A stretch of DNA of 63,865 bases, counting the filler, from Myxococcota bacterium (GTDB lineage Bacteria > Myxococcota_C > UBA6777): the NCBI GenBank assembly GCA_023150835.1. It is 3 parts of 3 records of this genome, joined end to end, with 100 filler letters (N's around TTAATTAATTAA, not from the genome) between each part and the next. Parts side by side here need not be neighbours in the genome. Positions count along the whole stretch, not along the records: positions 1 to 21,933 come from JAKLKB010000122.1; 2 more parts are not named here. The stretch is one strand, 5' to 3'. Both the position numbers and the translations under genes were made by a program. The notes beneath the pieces were generated by a model, which saw nothing but the letters and a program-made list of their open reading frames with translations, searched no databases and was not told where the DNA came from. This document shows, in pieces, positions 1 through 10,374 of the stretch. Position 1 is the first letter of the stretch, and each line of letters opens with the position of its first letter.

Positions 1-179
1 CCCCCCCTCAATCCCCCCGTGAACGGGGGGAAGTTGGAACGGGCAGCGTCTGCGCGTCGTGCATACAGCGTGCGTCATGAAAAAACAAAATCCCCGATGC
101 TTCCGACTTTCGCTCCCTCCCCTGTTCACGGGGGAGGGCGGGGTGGGGGGCTTTCCTCCGCTTCACCTAACGCCTATGG
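1..179. mobile_element. Right part of a MITE-like repeat (family A) with internal GC-rich palindromes
   Basis: CCCCCCCTCAATCCCCCCGTGAACGGGGGGAAG... recurs at 43604-43674 and 63805-63865. The right end (...TTCACCTAACGCCTATGG) is an imperfect inverted repeat of the left end of the other copies (CCATACGCG...TTAAGGTGGAA). Confidence 0.6.
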
Positions 180-223
180 GGTGATACCCCACAGATCGAC
201 CCAATCGCAGCAAGGTTGGGGTG

Positions 224-1330
224 TTATTCGTCGTTGGATTCGTTGTTGGGGGAGAGGGAGAGCAGGTTGGAGAGTTCGTTGGTGTTGGCGATGAGTGTGA
301 GTTTTTGGACTTTGCCAGCGATCTCTTTCCACGTTTCGAGCTCTTTGAGGCGCAGGAGGGTGGGGTTGCGTTCCAACATCTTGGCGGTGTTTGCGAGAGA
401 GCGTGTGGCAGCGGTCTCTTCGCGGCGGAGGATGTTGTTGGCGGATGCCTCTTTTTCGGCTTCGATGACGCGGTTGAGAAGCTGTTTCATCTCGCCGGGA
501 AGAACGACATCTTTGATATCGGTGCGCATGATCTGGACGCCCCATTCGAGGGCGCGGGGGCTGAGTTCGTTGCGCATGGAGATGGCGATCTCGGTGCGGT
601 TTTCGAGCAGTTCGTCGACGGTGTGTCCAGCGATAAAGGCGCGAGCGATCATTTGGGTTTCGCTGTAGAGGGCGTTGGTGAGGTTATCGACGCTTTCGAC
701 GCTGCGTTGGGCATCTTGGATCTTGTACTTGATGATCAAGTTGAGTCGAAGAGAGACTTTGTCGCGGGTCATGACTTCTTGGCCGACGATCTGGATCTCT
801 TGTTCGCGTAGATCGATCAGTCGGATGTCGAGTTTGCGCCGCCAGACGCTGAGGGAGTAGTTTCCGCCTTCGAGACGTTGCTCGAACTTTCCGTTGACGT
901 AGAGCAGGCCGTGTTGGTAAGCCATGACGCCTTGGTTGAAGAGCAGATCGGCGGGGATCAAACGCCGATGATCTTCGGGGACATCTTGGAACAAGGTGTT
1001 GAGGTCGTAGCGACGGATATCGACAGGGAGCCGCCCTTTCCAGAGGATGTAGCGTCCCGGGCGCAAAAGCGCGTGGCTACGGTAGTTGAGGATCAAGATG
1101 CCGATCTCGTGGCTTTGGAGTTCGATGCAATCGCCGGCTTCTTTGGGGAGGATGCGTTCGAGTTCGGGTGTCAGGGCGGTATAGCCTTCATCCAGATTGA
1201 GTTTGCGGACATCAAAGGTGGCTCCGAAATTCCACCATGTGTGGCGGCCTGTGTCGAGCCAGCGGGTGAGTTTGCCGTCTTTGTAGAGCAGCCCGCGTTC
1301 GTTTTCTTGGATGAGGACTTCGGTACGCAT
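224..1330 (-). CDS. SPFH/band 7 (slipin-family) protein
   Basis: Repeated 'E.GLLY.DGK..R.L..G' units, then the SPFH core (GQEVMTRDKVSLRLN...DIKDVVLPGEMK...RREETAATRSLANTAK...NPTLLRLKELE). Start moved to the ATG at 1330 (MRTEVLIQ). Confidence 0.88.
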   Translation of the reverse strand: MRTEVLIQENERGLLYKDGKLTRWLDTGRHTWWNFGATFDVRKLNLDEGYTALTPELERILPKEAGDCIELQSHEIGILILNYRSHALLRPGRYILWKGRLPVDIRRYDLNTLFQDVPEDHRRLIPADLLFNQGVMAYQHGLLYVNGKFEQRLEGGNYSLSVWRRKLDIRLIDLREQEIQIVGQEVMTRDKVSLRLNLIIKYKIQDAQRSVESVDNLTNALYSETQMIARAFIAGHTVDELLENRTEIAISMRNELSPRALEWGVQIMRTDIKDVVLPGEMKQLLNRVIEAEKEASANNILRREETAATRSLANTAKMLERNPTLLRLKELETWKEIAGKVQKLTLIANTNELSNLLSLSPNNESNDE

Positions 1331-1484
1331 CAAGATCTCCTTTTGAGGTGACGACTTTTCCCTTGACAAGGGGAAAGAAGGGGGTGACAAAATCGCGTGG
1401 GGTGCCTTACGGAGGATCGGGTGATCGGGTTCATCCTGCGGCATAAGAATATCGATCGAAGCGCAGAGAGCGGAGAGTGCAGGG

Positions 1485-2879
1485 ATGTTGCGAGAAAAAC
1501 AAGAGTCGTCAGAAGTCGCGGGTGTGGATGTGGTGGTGGTAGGGGCCGGGATGGCGGGTCTTTGCGCTGCTTGGGAACTGATGCAACAAGGTTTGTCGGT
1601 GTGTGTGTTGGAGGCGAGAGAGCGGGTGGGAGGCAGAGTAAAGACTTCGTATGGATGGCGAGGTGGCCAATATGCCGAGGCAGGGGCGGAGTACGTCAGC
1701 ACCGAGCATGAGGCGGTGGCGCATTATCTCGATGTATTCGGCATCTCGCGTGTCGCAGTAGGGCGTCCGTATGATCGCGTGCAGTTTTTGGGGAAGACGA
1801 CATCGTTTCTTCGCCCGAAGCGTGGGGATCTTCCGAAGTCCGTGAGCCAGCTATTGTCGGGTAATTTCTTTAGTGTGGATTTAGAAGAGTCGTGTTTGAT
1901 GCCGTTGTTTGGGGCGATCGATGCGCAGAGCGAAGAAGATGCAGCGGAGCGCGGCGGATTGTTGAATGTGGAGACGGCGCTGCGTTTGATCGAAGCATAT
2001 CCCGAGCAGGTGCAGTATGTACGGATGCGGCTGATCCCGTTTGAGGGGGTGGAGTTGGATGCGATCAATGCGTTGGATCTGGGTCAAGAAGGATGGCCGA
2101 GCGATTACCATGAGGAGTTGTATCGGATAGAAGGGGGGAATCAGCGGCTGCCCGATGCCTTTGCGGAGAGCTTGGGAGAGCAGGTGATCTTGAGAGCGGA
2201 GGTGCGGGAGATCGCGCAGGATCAGGAGGGCGTTTCGGTGTCGTATCTGTGCGATGGCGAGACGCGCACGATCTCAGGGAAAGCGGTGATCTTGGCGGTC
2301 CCTGCGCTGTCATTGCGCACGATTCAAAGCGACCCTGCGTGGCCCGATGCGTTGCAAAAGGCGATCGATCGGGTGGCATACGGAAAGGTGTTGAAGCTGA
2401 ATGTGCAGTTTGCTCGTCGCTTTTGGGAGGCCGCAGGTTGGAATGGCGGGTTGATCTCGGATCATCCGCTGTGTGTGTGGCACGCAACAGAACAACAACA
2501 AGGAGAATCCGGGATCTTGACCTTTTATGTCACAGGAGCACTCGTCGAAACGGTCCGTCAGATGGACAAAGAAGTGTTGTGTACGCATCTGTTGTCGTTG
2601 GTCGAACCGACGCTCAAGGCCGATGGTGAGGAGATCTTGAGCGTTGAGGTGGAAGATTGGACAGGCGATCGCTGGAGCGGCGGAGGATGGGCGGTGTATC
2701 CTGTGGGTTCCGAAGAGACGGTCTTCGATGGGTTCTTAACCAAGCATGGACGTTGTTTCTTGGCAGGAGAACACCTTGCAAGCGAGTTCGAGTCGACGAT
2801 GGAAGGGGCGCTGTGTTCGGCCCAAGAAGTTGTCGAGATCTTGCTCGAAAAGTATTGGGGTGGCCGCAACAAAGAATAG
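1485..2879 (+). CDS. Flavin monoamine oxidase / amino-acid oxidase family FAD-dependent oxidoreductase
   Basis: VVVVGAGMAGL dinucleotide-binding motif, LEARERVGGR, EAGAEY, IEGGNQRL, C-terminal LAGEH...MEGALCSA. Confidence 0.88.
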   Translation: MLREKQESSEVAGVDVVVVGAGMAGLCAAWELMQQGLSVCVLEARERVGGRVKTSYGWRGGQYAEAGAEYVSTEHEAVAHYLDVFGISRVAVGRPYDRVQFLGKTTSFLRPKRGDLPKSVSQLLSGNFFSVDLEESCLMPLFGAIDAQSEEDAAERGGLLNVETALRLIEAYPEQVQYVRMRLIPFEGVELDAINALDLGQEGWPSDYHEELYRIEGGNQRLPDAFAESLGEQVILRAEVREIAQDQEGVSVSYLCDGETRTISGKAVILAVPALSLRTIQSDPAWPDALQKAIDRVAYGKVLKLNVQFARRFWEAAGWNGGLISDHPLCVWHATEQQQGESGILTFYVTGALVETVRQMDKEVLCTHLLSLVEPTLKADGEEILSVEVEDWTGDRWSGGGWAVYPVGSEETVFDGFLTKHGRCFLAGEHLASEFESTMEGALCSAQEVVEILLEKYWGGRNKE

Positions 2880-2929
2880 TCCACGGACAACACGGAAAGG
2901 GGCACGAAAAGGGAAGGGGAGAGGCAAGT

Positions 2930-4753
2930 TCAGCGGTGGAACCATCCGAGCCACCAAGCGACAGCAGCCAAGGCCGAGAGCGAAAGGCCGATGGCAAGGG
3001 AGAGAACGAGGGGGGACGGAGAGCGGGAGGGTGGAGAGGAGAAGGTGTCGTCGAGGCTCGGCGAAGAAGTGGGGGCGGAGAGGGTCTCTTTGGGGGGGGT
3101 GGAGTGAGGGAGGGGCTTGACGGTGCTGATCTCGGCATCGGTGGAGAAGTCGGACTCAGCGAGGAGATGGGGAGGTGGCGAAGGATGAGGGACGCCGGGT
3201 TGTGTTTGGGCATCGGGCGGATCGAGGGGCGGGGGTGTGTGAGGGGCGTGTGGGCGGCGAAGCGTTTCGGGAGGGGGGAGTGTTTTGGAGGCGGATGGAG
3301 GTGGAGTTTGGGAGAGGAAGATATCGATTTCGGCGGAGGTGGCTTCGCTGATGGCGGGAGTGATGGGGGCGTTGGTTTCGTGGCTGGGGGGGGCGGGTGT
3401 GCTGTTGGAGGAGAGGACTTGGGGGAGGGTGCCGGGTTCGGGTGTAAACAGCGGAGAGAAGCGGGAAGTCACTTCGTCGAGGAAGACGACGTTCATTTGT
3501 GCGCCGTCATCTTCGTCGAACGCGACGGGTAGATCGGGGAGATGAACAGCGGTGATGTCATCTTTGGGGGCGTTTTTGGCGATGGTTGCGTCATCATCGA
3601 AGGCGTTAGGAAGTTGGGAAGGGGAGAGCAGACTGGCTCCAGCGGAGGCGTAGGCGTCAAGCGCGGGATTGAAGGGTCGGGTTTGATCGTCGGCGAGTCC
3701 TTCGATCTTGATCTTGAGGACGCCGTGGGAATTGGGGACTTGATCGTCGAAGAATTGGGAGGCTTCGTCGAGATCGAGTTCGTTGTCTTTGTGGAAGGGG
3801 TCATCGGAGATCTGGACACGTTGGACCCATTGAGCGAGGGTTTGGTCGTTGTGTTGGGGGGCTTCTTCTTCGAGGACGCGCAGGAGGGCGCGTTGGAGGG
3901 CAGCGGGCGAGGCGAAGCGGTCGTCGGGGTGTTTTTCGAGCAGGCAGAGGGAGATTTCTTGGAGGAGGACGGGGATGGCTTGTTTTTCGGAGATCATGGG
4001 AGGGGGAGGTTCGATCTGGATGGCGCGAAGGGTTTCGACAAGAGAGACACGGGGATAAGGAGGTTGTCCGACACACATCTCGAAGAGGATGGTGCCGAGG
4101 GCGAACATCTCGGAAGCAGGACTGCGTTCGTGAGTTGTCACTTGTTCGGGGGAGAGGTAGGTGGGATGTCCTTCGAGCAAGCCGTTTTCGGTTTCGTAGC
4201 GAGGGCGAAAGATCTTGGCGACCCCAAAGTCGAGAAGGCAGGTGGAACCGTCTTTATCGATGCCGATGTGTTCGGGGGTGAGGTTGCCGTGTAAGAAGAT
4301 CTCGGTGGGATCGGCATAAGCGGAGCGTTTTTCATTTTTGCTGTAGGCGTATTGAAGGGCGTCACAGAGTCCAAGGAGGATGCGCGCTGCGTGGTGCCAA
4401 GGGATGGGGAGATCATACTGAGCGAGGTGAGAGAACATGATCTGGCGCAGGGTGTGCCCCGAAAAGAAGGGCGTGACGAGGTAGAAAAAATCGTCGGAGA
4501 CACCGTGAAGAATGGGAAGATAAAGGGTGGGATGGTGGAGCGTTGCGAGGCGTTCGAGTTCGTTGTTGAGGGCGTTGTGGAGCTTGGCGTCTTGGAGATG
4601 CTCGCGCAAGATTAAGCGAAGCAAGACCTCGACAGGAGGGGCGTCGGGTTGGAAGTATTGGGCAACCCACAATTGGATTTGATTTTTGGGAGCGAGGGGC
4701 TTTCCCAAGATCAGGCAGCCGTCTGCAAGGGCATCTCCAGCTTTTAGGGTCAT
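2930..4753 (-). CDS. Membrane-anchored Ser/Thr kinase-like protein, probable pseudokinase
   Basis: Kinase fold (LLDFGVAK, YLSPEQ, EMFALG, DRF) but no Gly-rich loop, no VAIK lysine, and HGNL in place of HRDL. Pro-rich linker and C-terminal TM helix. Confidence 0.8.
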   Translation of the reverse strand: MTLKAGDALADGCLILGKPLAPKNQIQLWVAQYFQPDAPPVEVLLRLILREHLQDAKLHNALNNELERLATLHHPTLYLPILHGVSDDFFYLVTPFFSGHTLRQIMFSHLAQYDLPIPWHHAARILLGLCDALQYAYSKNEKRSAYADPTEIFLHGNLTPEHIGIDKDGSTCLLDFGVAKIFRPRYETENGLLEGHPTYLSPEQVTTHERSPASEMFALGTILFEMCVGQPPYPRVSLVETLRAIQIEPPPPMISEKQAIPVLLQEISLCLLEKHPDDRFASPAALQRALLRVLEEEAPQHNDQTLAQWVQRVQISDDPFHKDNELDLDEASQFFDDQVPNSHGVLKIKIEGLADDQTRPFNPALDAYASAGASLLSPSQLPNAFDDDATIAKNAPKDDITAVHLPDLPVAFDEDDGAQMNVVFLDEVTSRFSPLFTPEPGTLPQVLSSNSTPAPPSHETNAPITPAISEATSAEIDIFLSQTPPPSASKTLPPPETLRRPHAPHTPPPLDPPDAQTQPGVPHPSPPPHLLAESDFSTDAEISTVKPLPHSTPPKETLSAPTSSPSLDDTFSSPPSRSPSPLVLSLAIGLSLSALAAVAWWLGWFHR

Positions 4754-4757
4754 ATCC

Positions 4758-7700
4758 TCACCGCAATGTCAGAAAAAGAATGATACCCACAAGAATCAAG
4801 ATCACAAGGATGTTCCCGCCGATCCAGAGCATTTTGATGCGTTGTTTTCTTCGTTGGATCGCCTCGATAAGTCGAACATCCAATACGGTGTGTTCTCCAC
4901 CGCTATCGCGGAGATCATCGGGATCGCGTGGTTTGGGGAGGGGAAGGTTTTGGGGGGCGACGCGGGGAGGAGCGGTTTGCGTCAAACGGTAGTATTCAGG
5001 CGGGGGTTGGTTGGGATCGTAAGCAGCTCCTGCGAGCGGGGAAACTCCTTGTCGGATGGTTGCGGCTTCTTCGTCTGCGCGGGAGGGAGCGGGCGATTCT
5101 GCAAAATGGAAAGAGAGCGCAGGGAGTTCGCCTTGGGACATGAAAGCGATATCGCTAAAGATCACTTCGTCTTGGGGATCTTCGTAGGGGGAGGGGAGCT
5201 TGGGGGACAGGGAGATGTTGGTGGGGGCTTCGTCGGGATCGTCGTCTTCGCCATTTTGTTGTGGGGTGTTGGCTTGTGGGGCGCGTTGGATATTGGTGGA
5301 TTCGCCTGCGAGGTCGTGCTCTTCATCTTCTGCTTCGTAGTCTGCTTCGTAGTCTGCTTCGTAGTCTTTGTTCTCAAAAAGGCTGGAAAAGGCGGAGGGT
5401 GAAGGGTTTTTTGAAGAAGTGTGGGCGTTGTTTTGGGAGGGATGGATGTGTGTGATGTGGTAAGCTGCGGAGATATCGATGCCATGAGAGGGAGGGGAGG
5501 TGTTGGGTGCGAGGAGAGCAGCAGCGACTTCGGGAGAGATACCTTCGATGAGCGGTGCGGTACTTTGGAAGGCAAGCTCGGTGGCGATATTTGGGCGTGG
5601 TTCGGGGTTTACGGGTGAGGGGCGGGGCGAGAGAAGCTCCGCAGAACCGAGCGAAGGAAGAGAAGTGGGGCTTACAGCGGAGTCGAGCGAAGGGCGGGGC
5701 GAGGGAAGTTCAGGGGAGCCGAGTTTGTGGAGGGGTGCGGGAAGTTCAGGGGAGCCGAGAGAAGGAAGGGAAGTGGGAAGTTCAGCAGAGCCGAGTTTGT
5801 GAAGCGGGGATTGTGTGAGCGTCGAGGCGAGGAGGTGGGAATGGCTTTGTGTGAGGGGATTTGGGAGAGCGGGAGCGGAATAACGCGGTACATCGGACGT
5901 GTCGGCGAGAGGGTCGGGCGTTTTTGCGGAAGGAGCAAGGGTTGGCGGATCGGTGTCGGGTGCTGCGAGGACAGACGTGAGGGTCGGGTCGTTTGGGGTT
6001 GATTCTTGCGGATCTTGCGCTGCTTGTGCGGGGGGATCGATGGGATCGATGGGATCGATGGGACCGATGGGGCCGATGGGGAGGGGCGACAGGGGGATGG
6101 AAGAAAGCGCTGTATGGGCAGCGTTTGGAGAAGCAAGAGAGAGGTCGAAGTCGAGGGCGTCGGGTGGTGCGGGCGGTTGCAAGAAAGGGTCGGAAAAGTC
6201 ATCAAGAAACGAGAGTGGATCGTTGGAGGGTTTGACGTTCATGGAGAGGGCGTCAAGCAGGGAAGAGGAAGGCGAATTGGTTTTTGGGGGAGGGGCGCCA
6301 AAGAGCGAAGAGGACGAGCGAGTTGGTGCAGTGGGCGGGAGTGCGGGTGCAGTGGGCGGGAGTGCGGGTGCAGTGGGCGGAAGTGCGGGTGCAGTGGGCG
6401 GGAGTGCCGAAGTGAGGGGCGATGCGGGCGGAGCGGGTGGGAGTGCCGAAGTGAGGGGCGATGCGAGCGGAGAGGGCGGGAGTGCCGAAGTGAGGGTCGA
6501 TGCGAGCGGAGAGGGCGGGAGTGCCGAAGTGAGGGTCGATGCGAGCGGAGAGGGTGGGAGAGGGAGTTGCGCGTCGGAAGATTGGGCGTCGGTGATGTAT
6601 TCGGTGTCTTCGGAGGTAAAGTTGGGGAGTGCGACGTTGGGGTCGGTGGGGCGGGAGTGTTCGTATTTGGGGAGTAGATGAGGCGGAAGTGCCGAGACAG
6701 CGATGATCTTGGAGATGATCGAGGAAGGTGTCGAGGATTCGGATTCGGCGGAGGGTTGGTTGGTTGGTGCGGAGTTCGACACGGAGGGAGGGGAGGATGG
6801 GTTGATTTCTTTGGCGTAGTTGCGCAAGACATGTCGCAACTGGTCTTTTTCAGCGGAAGGAAGTACGGAATCGCGGAGGGTTTGATCGGTGGGGATGCCG
6901 ATGACCGCGCCTGGGGGGAGATGAGAAGGGAGGTTGATCTTGGCTTCTTTGGAGGGGGTTGTGCGATGCTCTTCGGAAGAGGGTCGTTTTTGTGCGGCTT
7001 TGCGGAGTTCTTCGAGAGGTGCAGCCATGGTGGGTTCGATGGCGGCGTCATCTTCGGGGAAGAGGCTTTCAAGGGGTGCGGGTGGTTGGCGCATGGGGTT
7101 GGGAGTGTGGGAGTCGAACAAGCGCATGGGTGCGGGAGAAGGGGTGTAGGAGGGTCGGGTGGCGTCGGTGGCGATCAGGGGTTCGCTTGGGGAGGTATCG
7201 GCGGGAGGGGCGGGGAGAGGGTTGGGCTGTGCGTATCGTTGAGCGAATTGGAGGAGGCTATCGCGGTGAAAGCCGGCGGGGGCGTCTTGTCGGATGATCT
7301 GTTCGAGTGCGCGTAGAACTTGTCGAGCGTCTTGAAAGCGGTCGTCGGGTTTTTTTTCGAGGAGCTTGAGGACCAATTGGTCGAAGGAAGCGGGGATACG
7401 GGGGGAGCGTTTTCGGAGGGGTTCGGGCTGATTTTCGAGGATGGCGTAGATCAGGGTGGGGAGCATATCACCGAGAAAAGGGCGTTGTCCGGTGCAGAGT
7501 TCGTACATGATGATGCCAAGGGCGAAGAGGTCGGAGCGGAGGTCTTGGGGGCGTGCGGTGATCTGTTCGGGGGACATATAGGAAGGGGTGCCTTTGATGA
7601 CGCCCGTTTGGGTTTTATGTTGGACGCTGGAGGCTTTGGCCATACCGAAGTCGATGATCTTGATGAAGCCATCGACGGTGAGGAGCATATTTTCGGGTTT

Positions 7701-8162
7701 GAGGTCGCGGTGGATCAGGTCAAGAGGTTTGCCATCGCGCCCGACGCTGGTGTGCGCGTAGAAGAGGCCCTTGCAGACGCCGATCATCATTTGTGCGACA
7801 AGTGTCCAAGGAAGAGGTTGTCCTGTTTTTTGGACGTGATCTTCGAGGATGCGCCCGAGGTCTTGGCCTCGGATGAGTTCCATGACGATGTAGTCGAGTT
7901 CGTTGTGTTGGCCGATGTCGTAGATCTCGACGATGTTGGGGTGTTGGAGTTGTGCGGCGAGGTGGGCTTCGTTGAGGAAGATCTCGTGAAGTTTGGGGGT
8001 TTCGAGGGCTTTGGCGTGGACGATCTTGATGACGACGTCTTTGGAGAATCCACCGACTCCAAGTTGCTGTGCCTTCCAGACCTCGGCCTGTCCACCTTTT
8101 CCAAGGCGCGCTTCGACGATGTATTTTCCGCCTGCGATGGATGTGCCTTCTTTGACGATCAT
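4758..8162 (-). CDS. Ser/Thr protein kinase with long Pro/Ser-rich region and C-terminal TM helix
   Basis: LGKGGQAEV, VVIK, IHRDLKPEN, DFG and YMSPEQ are all intact. Start set at MIVKEG (8162). Internal ALPPSPLASTLTS and ALPPTAP repeats. Confidence 0.92.
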   Translation of the reverse strand: MIVKEGTSIAGGKYIVEARLGKGGQAEVWKAQQLGVGGFSKDVVIKIVHAKALETPKLHEIFLNEAHLAAQLQHPNIVEIYDIGQHNELDYIVMELIRGQDLGRILEDHVQKTGQPLPWTLVAQMMIGVCKGLFYAHTSVGRDGKPLDLIHRDLKPENMLLTVDGFIKIIDFGMAKASSVQHKTQTGVIKGTPSYMSPEQITARPQDLRSDLFALGIIMYELCTGQRPFLGDMLPTLIYAILENQPEPLRKRSPRIPASFDQLVLKLLEKKPDDRFQDARQVLRALEQIIRQDAPAGFHRDSLLQFAQRYAQPNPLPAPPADTSPSEPLIATDATRPSYTPSPAPMRLFDSHTPNPMRQPPAPLESLFPEDDAAIEPTMAAPLEELRKAAQKRPSSEEHRTTPSKEAKINLPSHLPPGAVIGIPTDQTLRDSVLPSAEKDQLRHVLRNYAKEINPSSPPSVSNSAPTNQPSAESESSTPSSIISKIIAVSALPPHLLPKYEHSRPTDPNVALPNFTSEDTEYITDAQSSDAQLPLPPSPLASTLTSALPPSPLASTLTSALPPSPLASPLTSALPPAPPASPLTSALPPTAPALPPTAPALPPTAPALPPTAPTRSSSSLFGAPPPKTNSPSSSLLDALSMNVKPSNDPLSFLDDFSDPFLQPPAPPDALDFDLSLASPNAAHTALSSIPLSPLPIGPIGPIDPIDPIDPPAQAAQDPQESTPNDPTLTSVLAAPDTDPPTLAPSAKTPDPLADTSDVPRYSAPALPNPLTQSHSHLLASTLTQSPLHKLGSAELPTSLPSLGSPELPAPLHKLGSPELPSPRPSLDSAVSPTSLPSLGSAELLSPRPSPVNPEPRPNIATELAFQSTAPLIEGISPEVAAALLAPNTSPPSHGIDISAAYHITHIHPSQNNAHTSSKNPSPSAFSSLFENKDYEADYEADYEAEDEEHDLAGESTNIQRAPQANTPQQNGEDDDPDEAPTNISLSPKLPSPYEDPQDEVIFSDIAFMSQGELPALSFHFAESPAPSRADEEAATIRQGVSPLAGAAYDPNQPPPEYYRLTQTAPPRVAPQNLPLPKPRDPDDLRDSGGEHTVLDVRLIEAIQRRKQRIKMLWIGGNILVILILVGIILFLTLR

Positions 8163-8395
8163 GGCGTTGCTTCTTTTTGGGCTACAGCAAGGAGACTCTT
8201 GCGAAGTGATGGCAGAATCAAGCAACAAGCGGCATGGGTTGATGATGGTCGGGGGTGGCGCTGGTCTGGGCCGCATGTTCTTTGACAGGGTACTGATGCG
8301 CGGTTTTCTGTCAAGAGAACAGACCGCCTTGAGCCGAGTACACCGCATCGAATCAAGAGAGGGCTAACGCGGTTGGGTTTGTTTTGTGGGCTGGG

Positions 8396-9166
8396 TTAAT
8401 TTTCGAGAGCGAAGCGGACGGGGATACGGAATTCGGCCCAAGGTCGGCGAAAGCCTGTGGGGAGGATGGGCAGAGGGAGGGCCGCGCTGACCATGCGAAC
8501 GGCTTCTTGATCAAGGACACCATAACCGCTGGAACGTTCGATGGATGGGGGTGTTGCGAGGCTTCCTTGGGAAGTGATGCGCAAGCGCAAAACGACGAGT
8601 CCTTCGAGGCCCATGCGTTGAGCCATGGGGGGATAGCGCTTGTGGCGCTCGATGGCGTGTCCAAGGACGCGTCGATAAGGGCCGAGATCGACGGGAGGTG
8701 TGGGGGGTGTGGGAGGTGTGGGAGGTGTGGGAGGTGTGGGAGGTGTGGCCCGTAGGGCTTGAAGAGGTGTGGGAGGTGAGACGGGGACGGCTTGGGGGCG
8801 AGGGGCCGAGGTGGTGATGGGGCGAGGGAGCGGAGGAGGAGGGACGGCTGGACGTTGGGGGATGGGTCGGCTCTGGCGTTTGGGGGGGCGTTGTGGGCGG
8901 CGGCTCTTGCGCTTGGGGGCTGGTTTGGGAGGGGTGATGGGGCGTGGAAGCGTGCGAGGACGCGGCGGGGGGGGCGGAGGGGGCGGAGGGACGGGGCGTG
9001 CAACGATCTGAATTCGCAGCGGCGGAGGTGGCGGGGGTGGGATGTCCATCGAAAGCGGGAGCCAACCGAGAAGCCCGTGGACAAGCAAGGCAAAGATCAA
9101 CGAAGTCGCCCAAGAGTGGGCGCGTTTATGAGGTGGTGTGGAGGGGATGTGTGTGGATGGAGGCAT
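8396..9166 (-). CDS. tonB: Energy transducer TonB
   Basis: N-terminal TM helix with His (ALLVHGLL), Pro-rich spacer, C-terminal YPPMAQRMGLEGLVVL...SSGYGVLDQEA...IPVRF domain. Lies downstream of exbB/exbD. Confidence 0.88.
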   Translation of the reverse strand: MPPSTHIPSTPPHKRAHSWATSLIFALLVHGLLGWLPLSMDIPPPPPPPLRIQIVARPVPPPPPPPPPRPRTLPRPITPPKPAPKRKSRRPQRPPKRQSRPIPQRPAVPPPPLPRPITTSAPRPQAVPVSPPTPLQALRATPPTPPTPPTPPTPPTPPVDLGPYRRVLGHAIERHKRYPPMAQRMGLEGLVVLRLRITSQGSLATPPSIERSSGYGVLDQEAVRMVSAALPLPILPTGFRRPWAEFRIPVRFALEN

Positions 9167-9187
9167 GACTTCTTTCCGAAGGGAGGT

Positions 9188-9595
9188 CTAGGGGGTTTGT
9201 GTGGGTTTGATATCGGCGGCGGCGAGCGAAACCGATTGGAACTGGAGTTTGGCGGCGAGGTCGAGTACGAAGACAGCGTGTTGGAGCGCGACTTTGCTAT
9301 CGGCGCGGATGACGAGGTCTTTGTGCTGTTTGCGGAGTTTTTCAAGGGCCGAAGGCAGGGCTTGTTTGGTGATGTCTTGGCCGTCGACTTGGTATTGGCC
9401 GCGTTTTCCGACGGTAAGGATCAGGGGTTTTTTGGGACTCGATTGCGCGCTTTCAGCGGTGGGTAGTTCGACTTTGAGGCCACGTATGCGTTCAAAGTTG
9501 GCCGCGAGGACGACGAAGATCAGCAAGATAAACACGATATCGATCAGAGGCGTGAGTCCGACTTCTGGGGCCGGTCGTTTGGGGGCATCAAACAT
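9188..9595 (-). CDS. exbD: Biopolymer transport protein ExbD/TolR
   Basis: LTPLIDIVFILLIF motif and VIRADSKV. Confidence 0.9.
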   Translation of the reverse strand: MFDAPKRPAPEVGLTPLIDIVFILLIFVVLAANFERIRGLKVELPTAESAQSSPKKPLILTVGKRGQYQVDGQDITKQALPSALEKLRKQHKDLVIRADSKVALQHAVFVLDLAAKLQFQSVSLAAADIKPTQTP

Positions 9596-10313
9596 GGCTG
9601 GACTCGATCGGTGGCTGGGCAGAGCGCGCTGGGTGAATTTCGAGGTTTTGGGCGGTGGCCGGCTTGTTTGAACGGGCGGCCTCATCGGGCCAAGGCTCTT
9701 CGATCGGTGGCAAGACATGAAGCATCCGCTCGACGGTATCGCGCATTTGGAGGCGTAGGTTTTCAAGGCGACCTGTGAGGTAATGATGCCCTGCGAGTGT
9801 GGGGGCGGCGACCACGAGACCTGCCGCAGTTGTCAACAGCGCTTGCCAGATCCCCGAAGATAGGGCGGCTGCGTTGACATTGGACATCCCTGCGCCTTGG
9901 AGACCAAAGAATAGCTGCACCATCCCAACCACCGTTCCCAAAAGGCCCAACAAGGGGGCGATCTGTGATATCAGCGCGAGCAGAGGCAGGTTGTGATCAT
10001 GTTGGCTTAGCTCTAACATCCCGACACGTTGGGCTTCCGCAGCCACTCGATCTGGGCGCGTTCTCGCAAGGCGCGCAGAGGCCGCAAGGATCCGTGCAAC
10101 AGGATGGTCGATCTTTTCTGCCGCTTCGGCGGCTTCGTTGTAGTGCATCGCTCCGATCCGTTGCAAGAGCGGATCGACCCAAGGCAGGCGGTTTGCGCGG
10201 ATCTTTCGATACAGCCAAAGCCGCTGTCCAAAGATCGTGAGCGCAAGCACCGAACACAGGTAGATCGGCCACATCGCCCATCCGCCTTGCGCCAAAAGGT
10301 TTGCTACCGTCAT
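9588..10313 (-). CDS. exbB: MotA/TolQ/ExbB proton channel protein
   Basis: GGWAMWPI, APLLGLLGTVVGM, GIWQALLTTAAGL. Start set at MTVANLL because the upstream ORF extension runs through a repeat. Confidence 0.9.
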   Translation of the reverse strand: MTVANLLAQGGWAMWPIYLCSVLALTIFGQRLWLYRKIRANRLPWVDPLLQRIGAMHYNEAAEAAEKIDHPVARILAASARLARTRPDRVAAEAQRVGMLELSQHDHNLPLLALISQIAPLLGLLGTVVGMVQLFFGLQGAGMSNVNAAALSSGIWQALLTTAAGLVVAAPTLAGHHYLTGRLENLRLQMRDTVERMLHVLPPIEEPWPDEAARSNKPATAQNLEIHPARSAQPPIESSHV

Positions 10314-10374
10314 CGCCAAAATCTTTCTTTCTGTAGGTGTCGCTTCGTGTGGGTATCGCTTGTTCGGAGTATGT

